From assembly GCA_010909165.1 (NCBI GenBank), contig VJWM01000019.1, positions 930,001 through 994,000 on the forward strand: 64,000 nucleotides of DNA, read 5' to 3'. Positions 14,298-27,200 of this stretch are shown here, piece by piece. Position 1 is the stretch's first letter; each line of letters starts with the position of its first letter. A model generated the notes under the pieces. It was not told the origin of the DNA. It saw only the letters and a program-made list of their open reading frames with translations, and made no database searches. The stretch comes from Anthoceros angustus. Lineage: Eukaryota; Plantae; Anthocerotophyta. A program made the translations under genes and the position numbers.

Positions 14298-15389
14298 CCA
14301 TCTACCTAACTAGATACACTCCAAAACTAGACACCTAAGCTATGGTTAGTCCCCTATAACCTTGATGTTAGCATTCCCGAACGCGCCAAAATGTGGAATG
14401 GGTTTTGCATCCAAGACGCAAAGAGGCCACATTTACCCTCTATGTCGTTATAGTCCTAGGATTCGATCCCAAGGGAATAGTTTTGTGTCAAGGTGTTCTA
14501 ATCTATGGATTCTAGACCTACCCCTCCGCTCACTACCCCACCTTCTCCAGCTACCCTACCCAAACCCACCACCGTGGCGGGTCCCACCACACGGGTTCGC
14601 CACGTGGCGGGTCCCACCAGCCGCCCGTCGGGGTCTATTTGTCACCGGCTCGGGCGCAGACCTTGGGGCTATGGGCACGACACCCATATACACCTCACTC
14701 TACCTCTAGGAATTTCTGCGATTCCACCGCACGCTTCCACCCACACGATTTCGATTTTCCTCACACACTCTCACAATCCCTCACAACAAGACTCATCTAC
14801 CCCTTGAGAACCTTTCTTCCTAATGCACTCTTCGCCTCACGGGCCACACGGCCACAGACCTCCTTGGGCCACACAGACCCCTCCTTGGGCCACACACAGA
14901 CCTCCTCACCTGGGCCACACAGACCCCTCTAGTGGAATAAACACACCGGTGAATGGGAAAGGATCGTGAAAGAAAACCCCGGCCGTGCTTGGGCGATCCG
15001 CCTTCCGCCTCCGCCTCGACCATCCAGGATCTTCCGCCTCGCCTCCCGCCACCACCTCCGTCACCCAGTGGAGCTTGGCCACCCGCCTCGACCATCCAGG
15101 ATCTTCCGCCTTCTTGTGACGAAGGCGGTGCATCGAACGAGTTTGATGTCGATCGACGCTCCAATCAACCTCGCATAGCTTCAACACACGGAAGTTCACA
15201 CCGAAATTGTCGTTAGGAGAGACTCTCAAGGGTCTCTTATACATTCACCGTGGATTTCCACCACCCCTACCAAAGGTGTCTAGAAAATATGGCCCACTAC
15301 CACGCCTCCTACCAATTCAGAAACTACCCCCGTCCTCAAAACATCCTATCCCTACCGCCGCGGCTCCTCATGATGTCGCTCTCCTAAAA

Positions 15390-16941
15390 TCAGGCGTCTG
15401 CTGTTGTGCCTAGCCTCGGGCTGGGGTTCCTGCTGCCGCCTCCCGCCACGCCCGATCCGAGCGATTCTCCCCAAAACCTCCACCTGCCATCGCCCGCAGC
15501 TTTCGCCTTCCCATGGGCGTCGCCTATAGGCCCTAGGCCGTTATTCCGCCTCCTCATCGCCACAGCCACACTGTGCTCCTCCCTCCACGCCTCAAGCCCG
15601 CCATTTCCTCGATCACCACTTGGGGTAGGCCCCGCCTCCCGCTCGGAAGAACCATCGTAAACGCCTGGCGGCCAAGATGTGCGCCCAATAGTTTCGCCTC
15701 CGCCCAACAACCACATACACATTTAGAGTGAGCACCGCCACCATGCGTGTGGCTGTGGACATGAGCATCCTCATCCGACGCCAGCACAATACGCCTTCGA
15801 CTACAGAGGTTCTTACCTCTCCTCCGTGGACAATCCCGAGCCGGGCCGCTTCCGACCTGTGGGATCGATCCCCACTGCAGCCTGCTTGACTTCCCCACCT
15901 CGGTTCCTCCTTCCGCGACGGTGGTTTAGCCACCGTGGTGGTAGTTTCCACGGTGGTGGCTTCTCATGCGGCTGGGCTTGGCTCGCCTCTTTGGCCACCT
16001 CTCTCTTGACTCGGCCCTAGCTTCATCTCTCTCGCTTATATCTCCGCCACTTCTTGAATTTCTCCAGGCGCCATTGTTTCCATTTGTTCTCGGCTCATGA
16101 GACCTCATCTTGAAGCTCCTCGATTGTGGCATGCGCCTTGACCTCGATTCACTAAGGCCTCTGTTGGGTGGACATGGCCTTTAGCTCCCTCGTGCCTTGC
16201 ATAGGGCCGCCTCGCATTCCGTCTGCGCTCCTCGCCACCTTGTTCTCGCCTGTGCTCCAACTTCTCCTTGAGCAACTTTTCCTGCTGGCCTGACACTCGC
16301 CTGTGAGAGCCATGGTACGGGTCGAGGAGATCCGCTCGAGCCATGGTCAAGTCAAGGCTCGCAGATTCGAATTGCCCCGTGCCCATTCCTTCCACAACAC
16401 CTGACGCGAGTGTGTCACCGCCTCCACTTCAGGACGGGTCGTGAAATGTCGCCAAAATGTTCCGAGTCTCCGGACTTGGCTATCGAACTAACCCCTCTTC
16501 TTCTAGGGGTTGGTTTGCCACAATCTCCTCATCCGCTCCAATCTCTCCTAGCGGCGACTCCTCCCCGCACCCGAGAGGGGCACAACTTGTCGCTTCCTTT
16601 ATTTTCCTCCTTCACTGCCTGCCGCCGATTTCGACTGTGACCCTAGGTGTGTGGGTTCCTCTTCGCCGCGGGTCGTTCTTCCCTTCTTCGGCCCCCGCCA
16701 GCCCGCCACGCGTCGTCCAACTCCGCAATGACGAGCGAAGGCTCCCGCCCAGCGCCTGCCCGAATTTCGCAACCTCGCGGTCTTTGGGTGTGTCCGCTCG
16801 CCAGCCCGACTGTATGCAGCCGCCCGCCACTAGGGTTGTAAACTCCCTCTCAGACGCCCCGCTTCTTCTGCCCACCGTGGTGGAACTGGCTACCTCCCCG
16901 CTGATCCCATTGTGGCGGTGGTGTAGGCACCCTAACATATA
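15390..16941 (-). pseudogene. Orphan cargo ORF fragments, unknown function
   Basis: Chain of minus-strand frames with protein-like composition (SDEDAHVHSHTHGGGAHSKCVCGCW; EKLLKEKLEHRREQ). No recognised domain. Confidence 0.3.
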
Positions 16942-17199
16942 TAGACACTTTCTTATTTCTAAAATCACCAAAACCTAAGGACTCTATCTTCGACCTACCT
17001 ATCCAAAATTCGAAAAACCTAAGGTTCAAAAAAACAAATTATTATCCCAAGGGCCAAGGACCATTCTCGTATAAAAGACCTTACCAGCGATTCTCAAAGC
17101 ACTTTGCTATACAAACACTCTCAAAACAAAAAAAATCGTTCATCCCGACACTTCAGAGAGGGGCTAGTGTATATGTGGTCTTCCACAATGATATAACAA

Positions 17200-17812
17200 T
17201 TTCTTCACCACAGTATCGTGGCCAATCACCGATCTTCCATTGTTAAATGTGCCTGCATATATTGTCGTAACATGACTGCCGTTGCAAGTCACTTGTCTTC
17301 CTCAAACCCCATCCTCATCACATACTCGATGATCGAACCCACCTTTGTTTATTGTTTACGCTTTGTCTTGTCCTAGACAAACGAAATGAGTCCCCCCTTC
17401 TCGCACCACTTCCGCATAGCCTCTCTCACCAAATGGGCATCTTCAACACCATGCATGATTATCATCCGATACCGATCACATTCTGTTAAATCATGGAAGG
17501 AGTGCAAAACATTTCCCACTTGCCAAATATCAAACGTCTGGCCCTCAGTTTCTCAAACCACGGGTACATCCATCACAAACAAAGAGTACCTTCTCTTCCT
17601 CACGCACTCGCATGTCGAGGATATCTCGTCCATGTACCGATATTGCACCTTTTCTCGAATGTGGAATGTTGAATTGAAGGAGTCCATCCTCTATGTCTTG
17701 GTCGGCTAGTTGTCTTTGCTCATCCTCTAAGCCCTTCCATGTGTTCACCTCATAAATGAATTGTTGAAAACTTTCAGGGCACTTCGTTAACACCTCAATA
17801 TCCTTCTGTTGC
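17200..17812 (-). pseudogene. Orphan cargo exon, unknown function
   Basis: KDIEVLTKCPESFQQFIYEVNTWKGL...EKVLFVCDGC follows a plausible ..CCTGCAG splice acceptor. No recognised domain. Confidence 0.35.
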
Positions 17813-17869
17813 TGCAGGCATGAAGGGAAACCAATATTAGCATTAGACGCGGCCTTCATACTTGAATCC

Positions 17870-18240
17870 GGAAGATGCCAGCACGCCGGCCTTCCCGGCC
17901 TTATGGAGGCGAGAGGGATGGAGAGGGCGCCGGCATGCCGGCGCCCTCTCCATCCCTCTCCTCCATAGGGCGCGCCGTGGCGCCCGCCACCAAGAAGCGG
18001 GTCCCAAGGGAGGCGCGGCATGCCGGCGTCCACTTGGCTCTAGCCTCTTGGTGGCGGGGGCCCAGATCGGGCGCCCCGGCCTCAGCGGCGGGGTCCGAGG
18101 GAGGGCGCCCGCGCCCGCCTCAAGCGGGTCCCAAGGGAGGACGCCGGCATGCCGCCCGCCTCAGCGCGGGTCCCAAGGGAGGCGCCGGCATGCCGCCCGC
18201 CTCAAGCAAGCGGGTCCCAGTGGGAGGCGCGCATGGCGCC
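17870..18240. repeat. GC-rich palindrome and repeat cluster, including a perfect 50-bp palindrome
   Basis: 17911-17960 GAGAGGGATGGAGAGGGCGCCGGCA|TGCCGGCGCCCTCTCCATCCCTCTC, plus repeated GCGGGTCCCAAGGGAGG..CGCCGGCATGCCG units. Confidence 0.9.
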
Positions 18241-19019
18241 CCCACCCTTCAAACCACATCAGTTCAAATCACTTCAAAACTGGATTGAAATTAACAAGGT
18301 CTCCTTAGGACTGGTGACGGCTCCTGGTCACTAGTTGGAAGGGTGGACACGGGTCTAAAGGTTCACAAAAGCCACCCAAAACCATGTTTTCCTGATTTCA
18401 TTAAAAAAATCAACTCCTGAAACTAGGAGCAAATCATAGAGGGATCTGTTTTCCCGTGTTTGTATGTCCGCATCTCATATTAGTTTGGCTAACCAGCGGG
18501 TACATTGCCTATAAATGCAGTATTTGAAAATCAGGGCAATTTTGTATGGACAACCAAAAAGGCAACGCGCAATGGAAAGTCCACGTGTGTTGCGTCGGTG
18601 TCCACCGTCATGGTCGCCGCTCTGCATTAGTGGGGAGGGTCGTGGTGGCACCGGACGTTCTGTGCATAAACCTTGCATCTCCTGCCCAATGTCGGCGCGG
18701 GAGGGGAGGAAGATTTCGGACTGCCTACCGCTCATGTCTCAGACACCGCGAGCGACCCCGTCTGCGAATCGTTTGGAAGTGGCTTGCCACTGCCTCTGAA
18801 TTTTTGCAAGCGATGGAGACCCCACCTCTACGACCATCAAACGAGAATTCCACATGGGCGATGGAAATTGGAAGTTGCCCGCACTGGTGGCAATCACAAC
18901 ATGGGCAGTTCCTTTCAAGCACGCTGGAGTGATCCCGCCCGCTTCATTGCTTGGTCCTTAAGGAATTTCGGTTGAGGCGGAGTCGGCGGCAAACTCGCGA
19001 CATCAAGGTAACGTGTTGA

Positions 19020-22000
19020 TCAACACCGGATTCCACCACGGGGTTGGAGCGGTGAATGGTGTGGAGGGCAAAGGAGCACCGACATGTCCAGTGTACTTAC
19101 CGGTGGTCAAGGATAAAATTGGAGAAAGTCATATTGCTACATGTGTGTACCGGTGTGTTAGCAAATATGTGAAAGCGAACATCGTGTTTGAGTTGGATTG
19201 TCACATGACATCCATTGTCATCTTCGACACCTGCTTTTATCTCGTGGGTTTACAACATACATAGTCTTCCTAGCGTGGGAGATTAGGAACAGCTTTGGCG
19301 ATTGTATTGATCTCGCTCAGAAATGGACGCCGCACGCGCTTCTTTGAAATCGGTCCGTTGTTTCGTGAAATCCATACCTTGCAGTGCAGACGCCCATGAT
19401 CTCGCTCATCAAACACCCGGCAATCAACACACGGATTCCACTGGGGTTGGGCGGTGTGAATGGTGTGGAGGGCAAAGGAGCACGACATGTCGGTGTACTT
19501 GGTGGTCAAGGATAAAATTGGAGAAAGTCATATTGCTACATGTGTGAGGCGGTGTTAGTGCGGCTATATGTGAAAGCGATTGAACATCGCTGTGTTTGAT
19601 TGGATTGTCACATGACATCCATTGTCATCTTCGTACCGGTGTTTTATCTCGTGGGTTTACAACATACATAGTCTTCCTAGCGATTAGGAACGATTTGGTG
19701 TATCTGCTGCATCATGCGAATGGACGCCGCACGCGCTTCTTTGAAATCGGTCCATTGTTTCTGTGAAATCCATACCTTGCACGATTGTGCGACCGACATG
19801 ATCTCGCTCATCAAACACCGGCGGCAATCATCTGCGAACACATTCTCGAATCGCCACCACTCCCATGCTTCTGGCTTGCGTGCTCCACCAGCACCGTGTT
19901 GGTTGTCTAGGTCTGCTCCAGGACCTTGCCCCGATGTGTTTGTTGTGTTCATAGCCCGCTTGCATGCACGTTCTACCAGCATACCACCGGTGTCCGTGCT
20001 TAAGACCCCACACCGGTCCTCCTACCGAATCCTCGAAACAAACACGTAGCCTATCCACCGTCCGCACGACACCTCGATCCGTGGAAGCAAAGTTTTCCAA
20101 TCCTACATCCCCACCATCCGTCTGCACACCCGGAGGAGGGTGCTCTTCGCCTCCTTCACTTGTTGCCCGCATCCCCAAGGACCATTGAGTTGTCGCTGCT
20201 GCTTCACCACTTGCCATATGACCCTTGGTCTCGCTTCCTCGTTGGTCTCGCTTCAACGACACATATGAACCCCGAGCACCGCCCATGTTGTTCACCATGG
20301 GCTCCTTATTGAACGCCTTTCCGCCTCCATAGCGGGCCTCGCCCACCTCCTCCTCTTCCGCCACCGTCCATGGAATTGATTCAAGGTCCATGAATTGAGC
20401 GCACTGGGATCCACATCAATGAAATGACATTACGGCATAACCGAATTGCTATCATACCCGATCCCCGATCCCGCCAAAGACCCAATCTCCCTCATCAGAT
20501 ACAATCAACCTCTTCAAGAGTCTTAGGGGCTTCGATAGGGGAAACAACCCGATCATCCGCAGTGTTGTAACACAATTTTAGTTCCACCGCCGCTCGCAAA
20601 CAGTTGTCACCCACCGCCAAGTTGCGCTTCTCGAGCACAAACGGTTGAGGCACACAATCCTTATCCAAGCTCGCGCAAGTGAAAAGTCCTCGCATCGTAC
20701 ATGCCCTCCTCGACAATCTTGTCACATTGGTTTTATGCCGAACATGTCACACAAAGACCCCGCACGCTTCCATCAAGACTTCTCTAACCATAGATGTGTC
20801 ATCCGGAGAATGGAAGACCACACCGGTCCTCCTACGAATCCTCGAAACAAACACGTAGCCTATCCACATCGCGACACACCTCGATCGTGAAGCAAAGTTT
20901 TCCAATCCTACATCCCCACCATCGGGCATCAGCACACCCGGAGGAGGGTGCTCTTCCCTCCTTCACTTGCTCCGCATCCCCAAGGACCATTGAGTTGTCG
21001 CTGCGGTGCTTCACCACTTGCCATATGACCCTTGGTCTCGAGCTTCCTCGTTGGTCTCGCTTCAACGACACATATGAACCCCGAGCACCACCATGTTGTT
21101 CACCATGGGCTCCTTATTGAACGTCTTTCCGCCTCCATAGCGCTCCTCGCCCACCTCCTCCTCTTCCGTCCAGTCCATGGAATTGATTCAAGGTCCATGA
21201 ATTGAGCGCTGGGATCCACATCAATGAAATGACATTACGGCGAGCATGCTATCATACCCGATCCTGCGCACCCGTCCAGCACCCAATCTCCCTCTACTCT
21301 ATACAGCTGAATCAACCTCTTCAAGAGTCTTAGGGGCTTCTGATAGGGGGAAACAACCCGATCATCCGCAGTGTTGTAACACAATTTTAGTTCCACTGCT
21401 CGTTCGGCAAACACAATTGTCACTCCACCGCCAAGTTGCGTCGGTTCTCTGAGCACAAACGGTTGAGGCACACAATCCTTATCCAAGCTCCTGCGCAAGT
21501 GAAAAGTCCCACGCATCGTCACTGTCCTCTGACAATGTTGTCACATTGGTTTTATGCCAGTAACATGTCGTCAGCACCCCTGCACGCTTCCATCAAGACT
21601 TCTCTAACCATAGATGTGTCATCCGGAGAATGGAAGACCACAATACGAAATACAGGATGTGGTGATGCCTTTGAACCGCATGATGACCCCTTCAAACTCG
21701 CCTTGGTAAATCTTGTGTCATACTCGTGATTGGGGATCTAGATCCAAGCCTCGGGAGGTCTAACAACAACAAAGCATACGGTCGGGGCTCTACAAACCGG
21801 GCCATGTTCACTATGTTCCACACGATCCCGACCTTGCCGGGTTTTTCGGCTTGGAGTCGCTCACGATTGTCATCGCTTATCCTCGTGTGGTCGATTTCAA
21901 GGCACGTTGCGACTCCTCCATCCGCTTCCAAGCTCGGCCTTGAATATGTGCTCCTTGAAGTTCTCGTAGGGCACCCCACTCAAGGCAAGTGTTGGCACGC

Positions 22001-24240
22001 ACATGAAAGACACATCCCCACCTCAAATGCAGCGGCCTACCGCTCGAATGTAATGGTGTGAATGCCTCCACTTTCCATGACTTATAAGGACAAGAAGCAC
22101 AAGAGAGAAACTCGATTTGGGTATAGCTAAGTGTTCATCGAGGACCCAGATTTTTGAAGGCAGGAAGTTACTAATTTGATTCACCATGCGAATCGGGATA
22201 TCGTTCTGAACCTCTTCAAATGTCTCACGGTGCAAACTCGCGACTGTTGCAGCGTGTTGATCAACACACGGATTCCACTGGGGTTGGGCGGTGTGAATGG
22301 TGTGGAGGGCAAAGGAGCACGACATGTCGGTGTACTTGGTGGTCAAGGATAAAATTGGAGAAAGTCATATTGCTACATGTGTGAGGCGGTGTTAGTGCAG
22401 CTATCTGTGAAAGCAGTTGAACATCGCTGTGTTTCGAAGTTGGATTGTCACATGACATCCATTGTCATCTTCGTTCACCGGCTGTTTTATCTCGTGGGTT
22501 TACAACATACACAGTCTTCCTAGCGATTAGGAACGATTTGGTGTATCTGCTGCATCATGCGAATGGACGCCGCACGCGCTTCTTTGAAATCGGTCCGTTG
22601 TTTCTGTGAAATCCATACCTTGCACGATTGTGCGACCGACATGATCTCGCTCATCAAACACCGGCGGCAATCATCTGCGAACACATTCTCGAATCGTCAC
22701 CACTCCCATGCTTCCTAGCTTGCGTGCTCCACCAACACCGTGTTCGTTGTCTAGAGTCGCTCCGGGGACCTTGCTGATGTGTTTGTTGTGTTCATAGCCT
22801 TTGCTTGCATGCACGTTCTACGGTGCGATACCACCGGTGTCCGGTGCTTAAGACCACACCGGTCCTCCTACGAATCCTCGAAACAAACACGTAGCCTATC
22901 CATCGTCGACACACCTCGATCGTGAAGCAAAGTTTTCCAATCCTACATCCCCACCATCGGGCATCAGCACACCCGGAGGAGGGTGCTCTTCCCTCCTTCA
23001 CTTGCTGCTCCGCATCCCCAAGGACCATTGAGTTGTCGCTGCGCTTCACCACTTGCCATATGACCCTTGGTCTCGGGCTTCCTCGTTGGTCTCGCTTCAA
23101 CGACATATGAACCCCGACCATGTTGTTCACCATGGGCTCCTTATTGAACGTCTTTCCGCCTCCATAGCCGGCTCCTCGCCCACCTCCTCCTCTTAGTCGG
23201 TTGTCCATGGAATTGATTCAAGGTCCATGAATTGAGCGCACAGGATCCACATCAATGAAATGACATTACGGCATAAGCCCAATTTCATACCCGATCCCGA
23301 TCCTGCGTCCAGCCAATCTCCCTCTCATTCTGGTGAATCAACCTCTTCAAGAGTCTTAGGGGCTTCGATAGGGGAAACAACCCGATCATCCAGTGTTGTA
23401 ACACAATTTTAGTTCCCTTTGCGTTCGGCAAACTTGTCACTCCACCGCCAAGTTGCGTCGGTTCTCGAGCACAAGCGGTTGAGGCACACAATCCTTATCC
23501 AAGCTCCTGCGCAAGTGAAAAGTCCCACATCGTAAATGCTGTCCTCGACAATCTTGTCACATTGGTTTTATGCCGGTAACATGTCTCACGGCACCCCACG
23601 CTTCGGCACTTCTCTAACCATAGATGTGTCATCCGGAGAATGGAAGACCACAATACGAAATACAGGATGTGGTGATGCCTTTGGATGACCCCTTCAAACT
23701 CGCCTTGGTAAATCTTGTGTCATACTCTCGTGATTGGGGATCTAGATCCAAGCCTCGGGAGGTCTAACAACAACAAAGCATACGGTCGGGGCTCTACCGG
23801 GCCATGTTCACTATGTTCCCACAGTATCCCGACCTTCTTTGGGTTTTTCGGCTTGGAGTCGTTCACGATTGTCATCGCTTATCCTCGTGTGGTCGATTTC
23901 AAGGCACGTTGCGACTCCTCCATCCGCTTCCAAGCTCGGCCTTGAATATGTGCTCCTTGAAGTTCTCGGTGGGGCACCCCACTCAAGGCAAGTGTTGGCA
24001 CGCGCACACATGAAAGACACATCCCCACCGTGCAAGCGGGCGTTCTCTGCCGTTGAATGCGGTGTGAATGCCTCCACTTTCCATGACTTATAAGGACAAG
24101 AAGCGGGAGAAACTACGATTTGGGTATAGCTAAGTGTTCATCGAGGGAGTTTTGAAGGCGGTGGAAGTTACTAATGATTCACCATGCGATAATCGGGATA
24201 TCGTTCTGAACCTCTTCAAATGTCTCACAGTGCAAATGCT
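19020..24240 (-). pseudogene. Beta-class N4-C/N6-A DNA methyltransferase domain plus C-terminal region, in about 3 overlapping tandem copies
   Basis: Motif IV-like PYALLLLDLP at ~21752-21781 and ~23755-23783. It is followed in gene direction by SPYQKPLRLLKRLIQLYRVEGDWVLDGCAGSG (motifs X and I) at ~21255-21350, with other copies at ~20455-20535 and ~23290-23365. Confidence 0.75.
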
Positions 24241-27200
24241 TGGCGGTCACATGGATGAGGTTGAGTTTTTGGCCTTGTCCACCCACACGAACATTTGTTT
24301 CAATGTCAATTCTCCACCGGGACTTTCATGCATGTTGTCTTCAAGTTGTTGTTCCCCAGATCGCTCGATGCCTGAAACACTTCCATACCCTCACCGGTAT
24401 ACTAAGCTCCTTTGTGTCAATGACCAAGTTTGCTCTAACCGCTGTTGTCTTCCTTGAATTCTGCGCCTTGACTGTTTGTGAGAGCCCGAGCTGCCCACCG
24501 CTGCAAGCTTGCCTCCACTTCTCAAAGATTTCATCCACGCATTTCCACACCTCATCATCAACCTTCGCAACACAATAATCCAAAGGTCCGGTTATCCACG
24601 GTGATAGTGACCTTAGGTCCATGCTTGGTCGCATCCCACTTAGGAACCCCGCCACCGGGCATATATCTCCAACTTCCGCCTAAGTCACACTTCACCCATC
24701 GCCTAGCTCGGCCTTCATCTCGATTCGATGTACCTCACACGGTCGATGAAAGTAAAAGTCTTCCGGCATCCGCAATGGTGTTGTGATCTGGCAACTAACC
24801 TCATCTCCTCATTTGTGAGGCCGAAGAACATATGCATCCATCCACTGCATCTTGAACCAATGGATACAAGTCGGCTAGTCTAGATCGCTGGAAGGAATGA
24901 TTCCTCCCAATACATAAAATTTGTACACCCCGATCCACCTTATCCATGTCAAAGAAGTTCTTGTTGGGACACCGGGCGGGTCTACAATGACAATCATGGG
25001 CAGCACACCACCCACGTGGAATGCTTCATCTTTTGCATCAAAGCCTCCACCCAAGCCAGTCTAGCTTACGACCTTGCCAAACCGACATAGTTCTTCCGGA
25101 GGTCTACAAGCTGATGGATGCTTTAACGTGGACTCCCATACTCTTTTCCCGCAATTGCCTCCTCGCAACATCTCTCTCCTCACCGGCCGCCGCAGCCGTC
25201 ATCCGTGGCTACGACCGTCCTTGGCCTTCTCTATGAACTTTGGGAGCTCTTCCGCCCCTCTCGGACATCATGTGCCATTCGTTTGCCGCGCACTTGTTGA
25301 CCTTCCCACCCCGCCGTCCTCCACTTGCGACTCTCAATCCCTTCCTCTTTTTCCTCGATTGTCTACCCGAATCGATGACGGCTTGAACCCTTCGTGCCAT
25401 GGATGACCCAAATCCCGGTCCGTTGCATCCACCTCGCCCCATCGTCATCTTCCACGTCTTCGTCGTCGGGGCTGGATATGATCCACCGGCCTCGGGCCAT
25501 CACCGAATGCCATCGCCAAACCCCTCATTGTCTGGTCCCCACCCGCATCCTCATCTTCGCCTTCGTCGGCTAGAGAGGTTAGGGTGACATCATCATGCCC
25601 CATGGGCTAGGAAAAACCTGCTCGGAGTGTGGGCGGACTGTTGCTTGGACTCAAGCACCGGACGTCCGTGGCTCGCAACCCCTCTTACCGAAGCTTTCAT
25701 TTCGCAAACTAGTTGTCAAACGTGTCCCGCTGGAATTATATTTTGTGCCACCACCTTTTGTTGCGTTTCACGCGGGCAGATCATGCATATCGATGGCGGT
25801 TAACGACACCGGCAGTGATGGATTTGCTCGATCCCATTCCGCACTAGGAGTTGCCATTTGATTTCCACTGCAGATGCCATGCTAGGGGCCTTCTCGCAAC
25901 AAGATGCCCTTTCGATGTAAGCAATGCATCATCCGCACACCTTCTAAACATTGCTGGTGCAAAGCCTTGTGGAAGACACGATGTCCATCACCGTGTCGCA
26001 ATGCCTCCAAAAGTTCTTGCCTTTTCCGCTCCGGTTGGCACGCCACAATGTCAAAGTTCTTCACCGCAAGATGTATACTCTAATCCATTGCGGGTCCGAC
26101 GAAGAGGCTCCTTGTGCTTGAGCGGATCGAATATGACGTACACCGCTCATCCTTCATCGATCGCGTGAAAACAATCGCTCCCACATTTCTTTTTGGTGTG
26201 GTTGTGATCTGGCAACTAACCTCATCTCCTCATTTGTGAGGCCAAGAAGAACATATGCATCCATCCACCTGCATTTTGAACCAATGGATACAAGTCGGCT
26301 AGTCTAGATCTGGCCTGGAAGGAATGATTCCCTCCCAATACATAAAATTTGTACACCCCCCGATCCACCTTATCCATGTCAAAGAAGTTCTTGTTGGGAC
26401 ACTGGGCCGGGTCTACAATGACAATCATGGGCAGCACACCAGCCACCCACGTGGAATGCTTCATCTTTTGCATCAAAGCCTCCACCCAAGCCAGGTCTAG
26501 CTTACGTACCTTGCCAAACTGACAAAGTTCTTCTGGAGGTCTACAAGCTGATGGATGCTTTAACGTGGACTCCCATACTCTCTTTTCCCGCAATTGCCTC
26601 CTCGCAACATCTCTCCCACCCGCATCCTCATCTTCGTCTTCGTCGTCATCCGTGGCTGACTCCTTGGCCTTCTCTATGAACTTTGGGAGCTCTTGCCCCT
26701 CTCGGACATCATGTGCCATTCGTTGCTTCGCCGCGCACTTGTTGACCTTCCCACCCCGCCGTCCTCCACGCTGATTGCCAGGACTCTCAATCCCTTCCTC
26801 TTTTTCCTCGATTGTCTACCCGCAAGAATCGGATCGACGGCTTGAACCCTTCGCGTGATGCACCAAATCCCGGTCCGTTGCATCCACCTCCGCCCCATCG
26901 TCATCTTCCACGTTCGTCGTGGGCCCGGATATGATCCACCCTCGGGCCATCACCGAATGCCATCGCCAAACCCCTCATTGTCCCGGTCCCCACCCGCATC
27001 CTCATCTTCGCCTTCGTCGGCTAGAGAGGTTAGGGTGACATCATCGCAGCCATGGGCTAGGAAAAACCTGCGGAGTGTGGGCGGACTGCTTGGACTCAAG
27101 CACCGGACGCGGCTCCGTGAACCCTCTACCAAGAAGCTTTCATTTCGCAAACTAGTTGTCAAACGTGTCCATGGAATTATATTTTGTGCCACCACCTTTT

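Noticed and set aside
10814-14540. DIRS-type or second LTR retroelement (gag plus methyltransferase)
   Set aside because: No RT, RNase H, tyrosine recombinase, PBS or LTR pair seen; the repeats here are simple tandem re-copies.
17870-18240. CRISPR-like array
   Set aside because: Repeats are irregular with no unique spacers of constant length, there are no cas genes, and the context is eukaryotic.
22260-22720. ULP1/SUMO-protease-like domain at the C-terminus of the MTase gene (GKTVYVVNP..H..THVAI)
   Set aside because: Only a vague resemblance across frameshifts; no Q..DCG catalytic motif found.
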